From the NCBI GenBank assembly GCA_038087875.1, contig CM075987.1, positions 24,988,001 to 25,052,000 on the forward strand: 64,000 nucleotides of DNA, in the 5' to 3' direction. The stretch is from Malacoraja senta (lineage: Eukaryota). The position numbers and the translations under genes are program-made. This document shows, one piece after another, positions 38,491 to 50,208 of this stretch. Position 1 is the stretch's first letter. Every line of letters starts with the position of its first letter. Below the pieces are notes generated by a model. That model did no database searches, was not told where the DNA came from, and saw only the letters and a program-made list of their open reading frames with translations.

Positions 38491-39064
38491 GGTCTCTATT
38501 CTTGCAGTATCCTGAACTTGTTTCATTACAATGAACCCCTACTTGCAATTCTGGGATATTTAGTTTAGTTGGGTTTAGTTTAGAGATACAGCGCGGAAAC
38601 AGGCCGTTCGGCCCACCGAGTCTGCGCTGTCCTCTAGTTGTTGGGAGGACGGTTCAGTTGCCTGATAACAGCTGGGAAGAAACTGTCCCTGAATCTGGAG
38701 GCGTGCGTTTTCATGATCTGCGAATGACAGCTAACGTAATCAAAACTGAGGATACAAAAGTCTACGTGAACAAATCGACATGAAAGAAAGTGTGTGTGTG
38801 ACGTTTGTAGGCAGTGTGTGTAGCAGTAGTACACTGAGCCAGTGTACGGAGTCGCCAGTGTAGCGCCACTTGTTGTACTGTAAGTGCAGGGATATTGATC
38901 TGACCATGAAGGTCTGTTTTCCTGCCGGCGAAGCAGGGACGGCCTGGCCAAGCGCATCTTGGAGCGGTCTGTGGGAACTGGATGGTTTTAACAGCCTGGA
39001 GGATCATTGTGACGTGTGCTACCTTAACCAGTACCCCTTGCAACTGGGGCACGGTGAGTGACCC

Positions 39065-39355
39065 AGTGGCGCAGCAGTAGAGTTGCTGCCTCACAGCGCC
39101 AGAAACCCGGGTTCGATCCTGACTACGGGCGCCGTCTGTACGGAGTTTGTACGTTCTCCCTGCCACCTGCGTGGGTTTTCTCCAGGAGCTCCGGCTTCCT
39201 CCCACACTCCATAGACGTACAGGTTTGTAGGACAATTGGCTTAGTTAAATTGTAAATTTCCCCCAGTGTGTGTAGGATAGTGTTAGTGTGTGGCGATCGC
39301 AAGTCGGTGCGGACTCGGTGGGCCGAAAGGCCTGTTTCCGCGCTGTATCTCTGAA
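39065..39355 (+). mobile_element. V-SINE
   Basis: Same consensus; another copy at ~39605-39850. Confidence 0.88.
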
Positions 39356-40114
39356 CTTGTTTCTCTATCTGAACTCCCCCCTCTGGGGGATTTAAAACAT
39401 AAGTTTTGCATCAGACGTTATACACAAACATGCTTTATGTTCTTAATCCTTGTGCATCAATCCTCATCATATTTTTGCAGAAGCTTGCCAAGACATGGTT
39501 GCAGCATTTGGACACCATCTACCTTTTGCTAATCCATCTTCAAACCCATTGACAATCTCATCCGAGAAGTGTCATCTGTTCCTTTATTCAACCTCTACAG
39601 CCTGGGCAGCACGGTGGCACAACTGTAGAGTTGCTGCCTTACAGTGCCAGAGACCCGGGTTCGATACTGACCACCGGTGCTATCTGTACGGAGTCTGTAC
39701 GTTCTCCCCCGTGAACTCCGGGTCTCCTCCCACATTCCAAAGACGTACAGGTTTGTTAGTTAATTGGCTTCGGTAAAAATTGTGTGTGTGTAGGATGGTG
39801 CTAATGTACAGGGATTGCTGGTCGGTGCAGTCTCGGTGGGCCAAGGGCCAATATTCAGGTAAAGAGGCCCAAGCCAAATGATTAAATACAAACTATTTCA
39901 ATGTTTACAACAAAGTCATGTTGGATAGGAAGGAACTGCAGATGCTGGTTCACACTAAAGATAGACACAAATGCTGGAGTAACTCAGCGGGGCCGGCTGC
40001 ATCTCTGGAGAGAAGGAATGGGTGACGTTTCAGGGCGAGACCCTGTGAGCCAGGAGAGATGCAAACGAGAGATGCAGGCCAAAAGTTCACAAAGACATAC
40101 AGACAGACACAAAA

Positions 40115-40152
40115 TGGTCTGAAGAAGGGTCTTGACCCGAAATGTCACCTAT
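40115..40152 (+). ncRNA. Minimal hammerhead-like motif (Penelope end)
   Basis: tggt CTGAAGA agggtcttgaccc GAAAt GTC acc. Flanking ggt/acc can form a short stem I; one CpG-type substitution. Confidence 0.55.
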
Positions 40153-40537
40153 TCTTTTTCTCCAGAGATGCTGCCTGACCCGCTGAGTTACTCCAGCAAT
40201 TTGTGTCTATCTTTCCCTAGAGTCTAAAGTCATTGGAAGTGGGCACAAGTGGGTACTGTTGACTTTTCGTTGATTTTTTAATGGATACTTAGCTTACTCA
40301 TTAATCAGCACAAACCTTTCTGAAGTTTCTCAGATTGTAGTGCTCTCAACTTGTTATAATTACCAGCAAGTAGCGCTAGCACTCTTTTGGCTGCCTTGCT
40401 AATCTGAGCATTTCCCAATAATTTTACTTCATCTGATGAAAGTCCTGTCTAATTCTGACTACTGAGTTGTCATGGTATCCCGCTTGTGTGACAATTATGA
40501 ACAAGTTGCGTCGCTATAGATACTCGGCTTTACAATG

Positions 40538-40858
40538 CGGCAGGGTGGCGCAGCGGAAGAGTTGCTGCCTTACAGCGCCAGAGCCCCGGGTCCCGGGTTC
40601 GATCCCGACTATGGGTGCTTGTCTTTTTACGGAGTTTGTACGTTCTCCCCGTGACTTGAGCGGGTTTTCTCTGGGATCTCCGGTTTCCTCCCTCACTCCA
40701 AAGACGTACAGGTTTGTAGGTGAATTGGCTTGGTGCAAAGGTAAATTGTCCTTAGTGTGTGTTGGATAGTGTTAATGGGCGGGGATCGCGGTAGGCGCGG
40801 ATTCGGTGGGCCGTAGGGCCTGTTTCCACACTATATCTCTAAACTAAACTAAACTAAA
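40538..40858 (+). mobile_element. V-SINE
   Basis: Same consensus. Confidence 0.88.
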
Positions 40859-41518
40859 TGAGACTGGTAGCAAAGGTTGAGATTCAAAAACTAGGAGTGA
40901 ATAATTTTCTCCGAGTTCTTCGGCTTCCTCCCACATTCCAAAGACGTACAGGTTCATCATCGTTACTTATTTTGTTCCATATCTCTTTATATCACTGTCT
41001 ATATCTCTCGTTTCCGTATCCCCCCTCAGTCTGGAGAAGGGTCTCGACCCGAAACATCACCTTTTCTCTAGAGATGCTGCCTGACCCGCTGAGTTACTCC
41101 AGCTTCCTACTCCTATCTTCAGTTTAAACCAGCGTCTGCGGTTCCTTCTTACACAACATAGAGGTGTAATGTGAATGGCAATAATGGTGCAAAATACAGT
41201 GTTTGGTGTTTTATTGCTGTATTAGTATTTACGAGATAAAATATGTTATTGAAACTGTGGTATGACTGCAAATTTCTAAGAAGTAGCTGTTCAATTATAG
41301 ATAGCACTTTTTATATCTCCTGCTCTTCGTTTGGATAAATTATGAAACAAATTTGAATTGGACAGCTAAATAAACGTGTGGAGTATATCTCGGAAGAAAT
41401 GATTTCAGTCAATTCTGCTCAGGTAGTCAGTACATTTATAATGACAAGTAACTTTTAATCAAAAACTTTGTCTTAAAATGTATGAACTGCTTTTGGCACA
41501 AAGACATTCATTCCCATA

Positions 41519-41925
41519 TTTAGTTTAGTTTAGCTTAGAGATACAGCGCGGAAACAGGCCCTTCAGCCCACCGCGTCCACGCCGACCAGCGATCCCTGCA
41601 CACTAACACCATCCTACCTACACACACTAGGGACAATCTACATTTATACCAAGCCAATTAAACTACGAATCTGTACGTCTTTGGAGTGTGGAAGGAAACC
41701 GGAGCACCCGGAGAAAACCCTCGCAGGTCAAGGGGAGAACGTACAAACTCCATACAGACAGTGCCCGTCGTCAGATAGACAAAAGTGCTGGAGAATCTCA
41801 GCGGGTGCAGCAGCATCTATGGAGTGAAGGAAATAGGCAACGTTTCGGGCCGACACCCTTCCTCAGCGTCAGGATGGAACCCGGGTCTCTGGCGCTGTGA
41901 GGCAGCAACTCTACCGCTGCCCCAC
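41519..41925 (-). mobile_element. V-SINE interrupted by a Penelope-end insert (~41775-41866, TSD cgtcag)
   Basis: SINE halves rejoin across the insert. Confidence 0.85.
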
Positions 41926-42096
41926 GCAGCCTGACAGCAGCCAACTCTTTGTTACCGTCACATTAAAGTCAGCGGTCTTACCGCTGGGATCCTTCGGCCC
42001 GCCAAACCTGCACTGACCATCGACCACCCTCTTTCACCTATCCTACAGTAACCTTATTATTAAATAATCTCTGCAGATTCTTGTCAACCACTAGAG

Positions 42097-42308
42097 CAAG
42101 GTTTCCCATCTCGGGGTAAATTTATCCCCAGGGGGTACATTTGTTGATTCTGGATTTGTATACATTTGTTCTCATTGACTGACTGTGTTTGGTTCTGGTA
42201 CACCGGTATCTGTTCATCATTAGTTGTTCATAAATAAGTGAAATAACATTGTTATGTGCTATTAAAGTTGCCTGGGGTAAACGGGACGAAAAAGGTTGGG
42301 AACCCCTG
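42097..42308. mobile_element. hAT MITE related to 58590-58808
   Basis: Shared ends (ggggtaaattta..., ggggtaaacgggacgaaaaaggttgggaacc); imperfect 8-bp TSD cactagag/tgctagag. Confidence 0.8.
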
Positions 42309-42311
42309 TGC

Positions 42312-42780
42312 TAGAGTCATAGAGACACAGTGTGGAAACAGGCCCTTCAGCCCAACTTGCCCACACCGACCAACTTGTCCCAGCCACACTAGTCCCACCT
42401 GCCTGCATTTGGTCCAAATCCCTCCAAACCTGTCCTATCCATGTACCTGTCTAACTGCTTCTTAAATGTTGGGATAGTCCCTGCCTCAACTACCTCCTCT
42501 AGCAGCTCATACCATGCACCCACCATCCTTTGCGCGGAAAAAGTTACCCCTCAGATTGCTATTAAATCTTTTCCCCTTCACCTTAAACATATGTCCTCTG
42601 GTCCTCAATTCACCTACTCTAGGCAAGAAACTCTTCCTCTCATGATTTTATACACCTCTGTAAGATCACCCCTCATCCTCCTGCACTCCAGGGAATAGAG
42701 ACCCAGCCTACTCAACCTCTCCCTATAGCTCACACCCTCTAGTCCTGGCAACATCCTCGTAAATCTTCTTTGTAGCCTTA
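42312..42780 (-). mobile_element. CR1 3' fragment, second subfamily (ctatgact tail, same type as the SINE tail)
   Basis: Related copies at ~20-205, 3385-3608, 43136-43280, 46162-46500, 52825-53100, 54017-54385 and 59455-59780. Confidence 0.8.
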
Positions 42781-43929
42781 CTGGTGAAGACATGATCTAT
42801 CTCCTGTTCCAGAGAATGGGATGATTATCTCAGCGTCCTTATTCCAAATTCACTGCCATGATACATATTGTCCATCCAAATTGAACGACCCAATACATTC
42901 TGTCCAAAAATAGATGAAAGGGAAATAAAGAGGGTGTGTGAACTAATCTGAGCTTTTTAAGCTGAAGTTATCGATATTGGGGATGAAGAACAGGAGGAAA
43001 AGACATTCGGCGAGTCGATATTACCAAAACGTGAGGCTCAACCATTGCTACCAATTCATCTTAAATGAAGAATCCTCCCCATGAACTCACAAATCTAAAT
43101 AAGGTTACATTTCAAAATACAATCCCGACTTAGAGTCTTAGAGTCACACATTGTGGAAACAGGCCCTTGGGCCTGACTTGCCCACACCGACCAACATGTC
43201 CCATCTGCACTAGACCCACCTGCCTGCATTTGACCCATATCCCTCTAAACCTGTCCTATCCATGTACCTGTCCAAATGTTCCTTGGACCGTGGCTAGCAT
43301 TAAACACCCACTTATCTTTCACAGTTGAGAAATTTTGAGTTAATCAATACTTCATGAACTCATGATTTCTCATCAATCACCTTGTTTTTTTCCCCCATTG
43401 TGGAAATGGGATGAAAGTGTTTGCGTTATTCTGTGGCATTGTGGCTGATCGGTGACCTAATGACACGATCCGCCTTTGCCCCATGTTTCTGCATCTTATT
43501 TCTAAAATACAATTTTTATCTGCGATTTGTTGACAAAGAGTTCAAAATTTGTACCCACCTTGGCATCGGAGAAGATCACCCCTCATGGGAGAAGTCCTTT
43601 GTGCGTTAAGTCCCAAATATAGTGACTTTGGATACTCAAGCCCTATCATAGACATCCCAACTCCATTCCCCATCCTCTCGGTTTATTTAATACCTTGACA
43701 AATAACCTCAACAGATCAGTGCATAACCTTTTACATTGTACTTTATAACCTTTGCCAATTTTCACACAGTAGGTGTTTTGATAACTTGTGGGAAACACTC
43801 AATTTTTCATTAATTTAGTCCAATTATAGTTTTGACCTCTTTATAATCTAAATTTGATCTTAATGTGAAAAACACTTGTCCCCCTATTCAAATCAAATAA
43901 AGCACATTACCTTTAAAATCATTTTAATC

Positions 43930-44352
43930 ACGGTGGCGCAGCGGTAGAGTCGTTCCCTTACAGCTCCAGAGACCCGGGTTCGATCCTGACCACGAGTATG
44001 GTCTGTACGGAGATTGTACGTTCTCCCCGTTACCACGTGGGTTTTCTCCGGGTGCTCCGGTTTCCTCCCACATTCCAAAGAAGTACAGGTTTGTAATTGA
44101 CTTCGGTAACAGAATTTGTGTTTATTGTCTGTTTTGTTATTATTGGTTCTGTGTATGACTGCAGGCATCACAATTTCGTTCCGACCGAAAGGTCTGAATG
44201 ACAATAAAGGAAACTTGACTGGACTTGACTAATGATGGCAAATTATCCCCAGTGTGTGCAGGATAGTGCCAGTGTACGGGGTGATCGCTGGTCGGCGCGG
44301 ACTCGGTGGGCCGAAGGGCCTGTTTCCGCGCTGTATCTCGAAAGCTAAAACT
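43930..44352 (+). mobile_element. V-SINE with an inserted Rex-type 3' tail (~44110-44230)
   Basis: SINE consensus interrupted by aatttcgttccgaccgaaaggtctgaatgacaataaa. Confidence 0.8.
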
Positions 44353-44761
44353 AGGAAACTGAAACTATATAACAAATATGCTGTGCAGTTTTATTTTCTA
44401 ATTCAATGAAATTAAAACCATTATTTCTGCATACAGCACACAGAAGGTGCCAAATGATGCAGCACACTCGTGTTTTTCGTTTCTATGTGTGCCAAGCAGC
44501 TGTAGCGAGAGCCTGCTGTGCAAGTATAGAAAAGGTTGAAAGAACAACAATGTTGATTTGACATCACCAACATCAATCCTTACCCCACCTACATCTGCAG
44601 ACAGCATGGGTCTTGGATGCTTAAGTGAAGACCTAAGGCTTGCTTTGGCAGTGGTCCAAGTGCATGGTTTAACCTGATGGTTGAGGGCATCTTCTTCCAT
44701 AATAAGGTGTCTTTGAAACTTTTCATTGATTCTGACCATATCTATCATCCTCCGTCGGAGC

Positions 44762-45355
44762 TTAGTTTTTAGTTGAGTTGAGAGATACAGCCTGGATACA
44801 GGCTCAGTCCCACCGAGTCCGCGCCGACCAGCGAGCCCCGCACATTAACACTATCCTAAGCATGCTGGGGACAATTTTCATTTTTAACTCGCCAATTAAC
44901 CTACAAAACCTGTGTGAGAAAGAACTGCAGATGCTGGTTTAAATCAAAGGTAGACACAAAATGCTGGAGTAACTCAGCGGGACAGGCAGCATCTCTGGAG
45001 AGAAGGAATGGGTGACCCGAAACGTCACCCATTCCTTCTCTCCAGTTCAGCCATGATCACATTGAATGGCTGTGCTGGCTCGAAGGGCCGAATGGCCCAC
45101 TCCTGCCCCTATTGTCTATTGTCTATTGAGATGCTGTCTGTCCCGCTGAGTTACTCCAGCGTTTCGTGTCAAACTACAAGCCTGAACGTCTTTGGAGTGT
45201 GGGAGGAAACAAAAGACATCGGAGAAAACCCACGCATGTCACAGGGAGAACGTACAAACTCCGTACAGACAGCAACCGTAGTCGGGATCGAACCCGGGTC
45301 TCTGGCGCCGTAAGCGCAATAAGGCAGCAACTCTACCGCTGCGCCACCGTGCCAC
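44762..45355 (-). mobile_element. V-SINE containing a nested Penelope palindrome, which itself contains a CR1 tail
   Basis: Three-level nesting; perfect hairpin ggagagaaggaatgggtgac-ccgaaac-gtcacccattccttctctcc at ~44997-45043. Confidence 0.8.
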
Positions 45356-46539
45356 CTTCAAGCTCACTGCTCATCTCTTTGAATGTTCCCCTCCCAATCA
45401 TCTCTCCAGTCGCTGCAGATTGGTAATTACCCCTCCCACCATCTCCTCTGCCACATCTCCTGGTATCTGTGCAAGCGTGTAACCGCATGATGCAAGGGTC
45501 ATCCATTAACGTGCTGGGAGGAACTGCAGATGCTGGATTAAATGGAAGATAGACCCAAAAAGCAGGAGTAACTCAGCGGGTCAGCGGGTCTCTGGAGAAA
45601 AAGGAATAGGTGACAATTCTGGTCTTGACCCTTCTTCGGGCCCCAGTCTCTTTTGTCCACAGATGCTGTCTGACCTGCTGAGTTACTCCAGCTTTTTGTG
45701 TCTATGTTCGGTCATTCATTAATCATGCTTCAGAGAATACTTAGATTAGGGGATGCATTAATTAGACACGATTTTACTTTTGTTTGGCTGTTCAAATGAT
45801 TTACAACAAATAGTTGGATTACCTAAATGAGGTTTTTATCTCGCCGGGTCCTATCGCAGGGAAACAGGTTGAAGGGAATAATAAGCAGAGCGCAACAGCG
45901 GAGATGCTGGCTCTGCTCACGTCATTGAGCTGAGGGTTAATTGGCCTGGCAAACCTTAATATGCAGCAAGCCAGTGACTCATAACGTAATGTAATGAATG
46001 CTGATGCTTCCCTACAAACTTGTACTACTAAGAAAAAATGTACGCGGTATTGCCACCAACACAAATAATGTTGATTGCATCGAGATAAAGCAATGTATTG
46101 ATTGGTACCTCAGTAAATTAACATGCTAAAAGTTATCACCAATATTACCGCAGGTTTCTCTTAGAGTCATAGTCATAGAGTGATACAGTGTGGAAACAGG
46201 CCCTTCGGCCCAACTTGCCCATACCAGCCAACATGTCCCAGCTACACTAGTCCCACCTGCCTGCACTTGGTCCATATCCCTCCAAACTTGTCCTATCCAT
46301 GTACCTGTCTAACTGTTTCTTAAATGTTGGGCTAGTCCCTAACTCACTACCTCCTCTGGCAGCTCGAAAAAGTTACCCCTCAGATTCCTATTAAATCTCT
46401 TCCCCTTCACCTTGAACTATGTTCACTATGTCCTCTGGTCCTTGATTCCCCTACTCTGGACAAGAGGTTCTGGGCAATCTATGCCTCTCGTGATTTTATA
46501 CATATTCTATGCTACAATTCATTTGCCGATTTGTTTATT

Positions 46540-47102
46540 AACATAGAAGCATAGAAAATAGGTGCAGGAGGAGGCCATTCGACCCTTCGAGCCAGCACCG
46601 CCATTCATTGTGATCATGGCTGATCGTCCCCTATCAATAACCCGTGCCTGCCTTCTCCCCATATCCCTTGACTCCACTAGCCCCTAGAGCTCTATCTAAC
46701 TCTCTCTTAAATCCATCCAGTGACTTGGCCTCCACTGCCCTCTGTAGCAGGGAATTCCATAAATTCACAACTCTCTGGGTGAAAAAGTTTTTTCTCACCT
46801 CAGTCTTAAATGACCTCCCCTTTATTCTAAGACTGTGGCCCCTGGTTCTGGACTCGCCCAACATTGGGAACATTTTTCCTGCATCTAGCTTGTCCAGTCC
46901 TTTGATAATTTTATATGTTTCTATTAGATCGCCCCTCATCCTTCTAAACTCCAGTGAATACAAGCCTAGTCTTTTCAATCTTTCCTCATATGACAGTCCC
47001 GCCATCCCAGGGATCAATCTCGTGAACCTACCCTGCACTGCCTCAATCACAAGGATGTCCTTCCTCAAATTAGGAGACCAAAATTGTACGCAATATTCCA
47101 GA
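46540..47102 (-). mobile_element. CR1 3' fragment
   Basis: ORF 46634-47068 is the CR1 ORF2 C-terminus. Confidence 0.9.
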
Positions 47103-47304
47103 CTCTAAGATGAGATTGGATGCCGAGAGGATTTTTCCCCATGCAGTGGTGACAAATCAGGGATCACAATTACAGGGCAGAAGGTAAAACATTTAGGATT
47201 GAGATGAGGAGACGTTTCTTCACTGGGACCATACCAAACCAATGGAAATCACAATAACAAAAGACAGTCTAGTACAAATTGCCAATTAAACTTAAGAAGG
47301 AGAT

Positions 47305-47805
47305 AGATTCACGAGGTTAATCCCCGGGATGGCGGCACTGTCATATGAGGAAAGATTGGAAAGACTGGGCTTGTATTCACTGGAATTTAGAAGGATGAGA
47401 GGATATCTTATAGAAACGTATAACATTAGAAAAAGGACTGGACAAGCTAGATGCAGGAAAAATGGTCCCAATGTTAGGGGAGTCCAGAACCAGGGGCCAC
47501 AGTCTAAGAATAAAGGGGAGGCCATTTAAAACTGCGATGAGAAAAAAGAATTTCACCCAGTGATTTGTGAATTTGTGGAATTCACTGCCACAGAAGGCAG
47601 TAGAGGCCAATTCACTGGATAAATTTAAAAGAGAGTTAGATAGAGCTCTAGGGGCTAGTGGAATCAAGGGGTATGGGGAGAAGGCAGGCACGGTTTACTG
47701 ATTGTGGATGATCAGCCATGATCACAATGAGTGGCGGTGCTGGCTCGAAGGGCCAAATGGCCTCCTCCTGCACCTATTTTCTATGTTTTCTATCTATGTT
47801 TTCTA
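47305..47805 (+). mobile_element. CR1 3' fragment, inverted relative to 46540-47102
   Basis: LSYEERLERLGLYSLEFRRMRG and 3' UTR. Confidence 0.9.
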
Positions 47806-48574
47806 TTCCCGGACAAAAACCACATCAATAAACTTGACTGAATGGCCTTGACCAGTTGCTATTTTCCATTTTTCAAAGTTAACAAATGTCCAATGAAAAA
47901 TGAACAAACCTCACGCTCGCTACTATTGAGGATCACCTTAATATTTAATCCAGGCCTGTTAAAATATTTACTTTGCTCCTAAGAGGTCATCTTTTCACTG
48001 TGAAATTAACAAAAGCAGAACTGCAAACCTTTTGAAGAATAATGTTGATCATATTCCTACACTTAATTCAAACATTTGGAAAGTTTTGCTTCCGAAGACT
48101 CACCTACTTTCAAATAATTGCCAGACTACTTTAAGTACTCGATAACCTTAAATTATCAATAGAAGCTGGGGATGAACAGAAGGGGGCAGCAGAGTTTTCA
48201 CTTTGGCTACCATTGGTGAATGAATTGCAAATTGCATCTAAAATTGAACTTGTTCTGTTAGTTTGTTTCACACAAACCAACCCCAATTGAGATCCAATTC
48301 GACATGGCGTGACATCCCCCTGGTTGGCCGAGCTAAAGGAACCACCAAGTACCTTTAATGGCATTGAATGGAAGAAAGACTTGAACATGGACCTGTTGAG
48401 ACTTGCGTCAGAGATGGCACTAGATCTGTCTTTAGCCATCGTTGCCAGATTCCAGTTGATGGATCACAGACTTCCACTAGATCTGTGCTCCATCAATTGG
48501 ATTCCAACAAACAGGGATTCACCTGTTCAGTGATACCTTATCCATTTCAACATAGCAATCTGAGAAACAGGAGC

Positions 48575-50208
48575 ATGGTGTATTACCTGAATGGTGTCAG
48601 ATTAGGAGAAGGGGAGGTGCAACGAGGTCTGGGTGTTCTTGGACATCAGTCACTGAAATAAACATGCAGGTACAGCAGGCAGTGAAGAAATCAAATGGCA
48701 TGTTGGCCTTCGTAGAGAGAGGATTTGAGTACAGGAGCAAGGAGGTCCTACTGCAGTTGTACAGGGCCCTGGTGACACCATACCTGGAGTATTGTGTGCA
48801 GTTTTGGTCTCCTAATTTGAGGAAGGACATTCTTGCTATTGAGGGAGTGCAGCGTAGGTTCACCAGGTTAATTCCCGAGATGGGGGACTGACATATGATG
48901 AAAGAATGGGTTGACTGGGCTTGTATTCACTGGTATTTAGAAGGATGAGAGAGGATCTTATAGGCGGCGCGACTTTTCGTTGCAGCGGCCTCTGCAGTCC
49001 GTCTGTCTTTTTATTATTTTTGTCTCGTTTTTATGTAGTTTTTATTATTTTTTTTTGTCGGGGTATGTGTGTGGGGGGGTGGGGGTGGGGGGGGGAAACT
49101 TTAAAATCTTTCCGCTGCACGGGAGACCCGACCTTTTCTTTGTCGGGTCTCCGTTGTCGTTGGGGCTGGGCAACGTGGAGCGGCCTCCAGCAGGAACGAC
49201 CTGGGGCTCCAGTTGTGGAGCTGCGGACTACTCACCGTCACGGGGCTGGCCGAGTCTGGAGCGGGTGGAGCTGTGGTGGAGCGCTGCTGCTACCCGACCC
49301 CCGGAGATTCGGAGGCTACGGCCGCGGGTCTGGCGGACGGCGGCACTGGAAGCCCGCGGGTCCCCTGGTGGGAGACCGCTTTTCGGGGCTTCCGCAGCGG
49401 CGACTTCTCCCGCCCGAGTTGCGGGGTTGAGGAGCACCTGGAGCGGGGCTTTATCCCCCCGCGCGGCTTGGAATGGCTGCCGGACTTTGCGGGCGAGCGC
49501 CGGGGCTCTACCACCAAGACCCGGTGCGCGACCTTGCATCACCCGGCGTGGCTTTAATGGCTGCGGGACAATCACGGCCGGGGGCTTTGACTTTGACTCT
49601 GACATCGGGGGGGGGGGGGAGTGCAGTGGAGAGATACGTTATTTTTGCCTTCCATCACAGCGTTGTGATGGATGTATGTGTAAATTGTGTTGTGTCTCGG
49701 GTCTTCTTTGTTTTGTATTGTATGGCTGCAGAAACGACATTTCGTTTGGACCTCAAGGGGTCCAAATGACAAATTTGTCCCTCAAAAAGACAAATAAATT
49801 GAATTGGAATTGGAATTGGAAATTGAATTGGAAACATATAAAATTCTTAAGGGATTGGACAGGCTAGATGCTGGAAAAATGTTCCCGATGTTGGAGGAGG
49901 TCACAATTTAAGAATAAGGGGTAGGCCATTTAGGACTGAGATGAGGAAAAAACTATTTCACCCAGAGAGTTGTGAATCTGTGGAATTCTCTGCCATAGAA
50001 GGCCGTGGAGGACAAATCACTGGATGTTTTCAAGAGAGAGTTAGATTTAGCTCTTTGGGCTAATGGAATAATGGGATTTGGGGAAAACGTGGGAACGGGG
50101 TACTGATTTTGGATGATCAGAGCCATGATCATATTGAATGGCGGTGCTGGCCCAAAGGGCCGAATGGCCTACTCCTGCACCTATTTTCTATTTTTCTATG
50201 TTTCTATG
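48575..50208 (+). mobile_element. CR1 3' fragment interrupted by the GC-rich retroposon
   Basis: QVQQAVKKSNGMLAF...YLEYCVQFWSP; resumes at 49831. Confidence 0.88.
48963..49830 (+). mobile_element. GC-rich non-autonomous retroposon, same family as 34654-35451
   Basis: Interrupts CR1 ORF2 (gatcttata|gaaacatata). Same 5' box, hairpin and Rex-type 3' end; (gaattg)n tail. Confidence 0.75.

Noticed and set aside
44398..44748. 116-aa minus ORF in unique DNA
   Set aside because: No recognisable family and no clear splice context.
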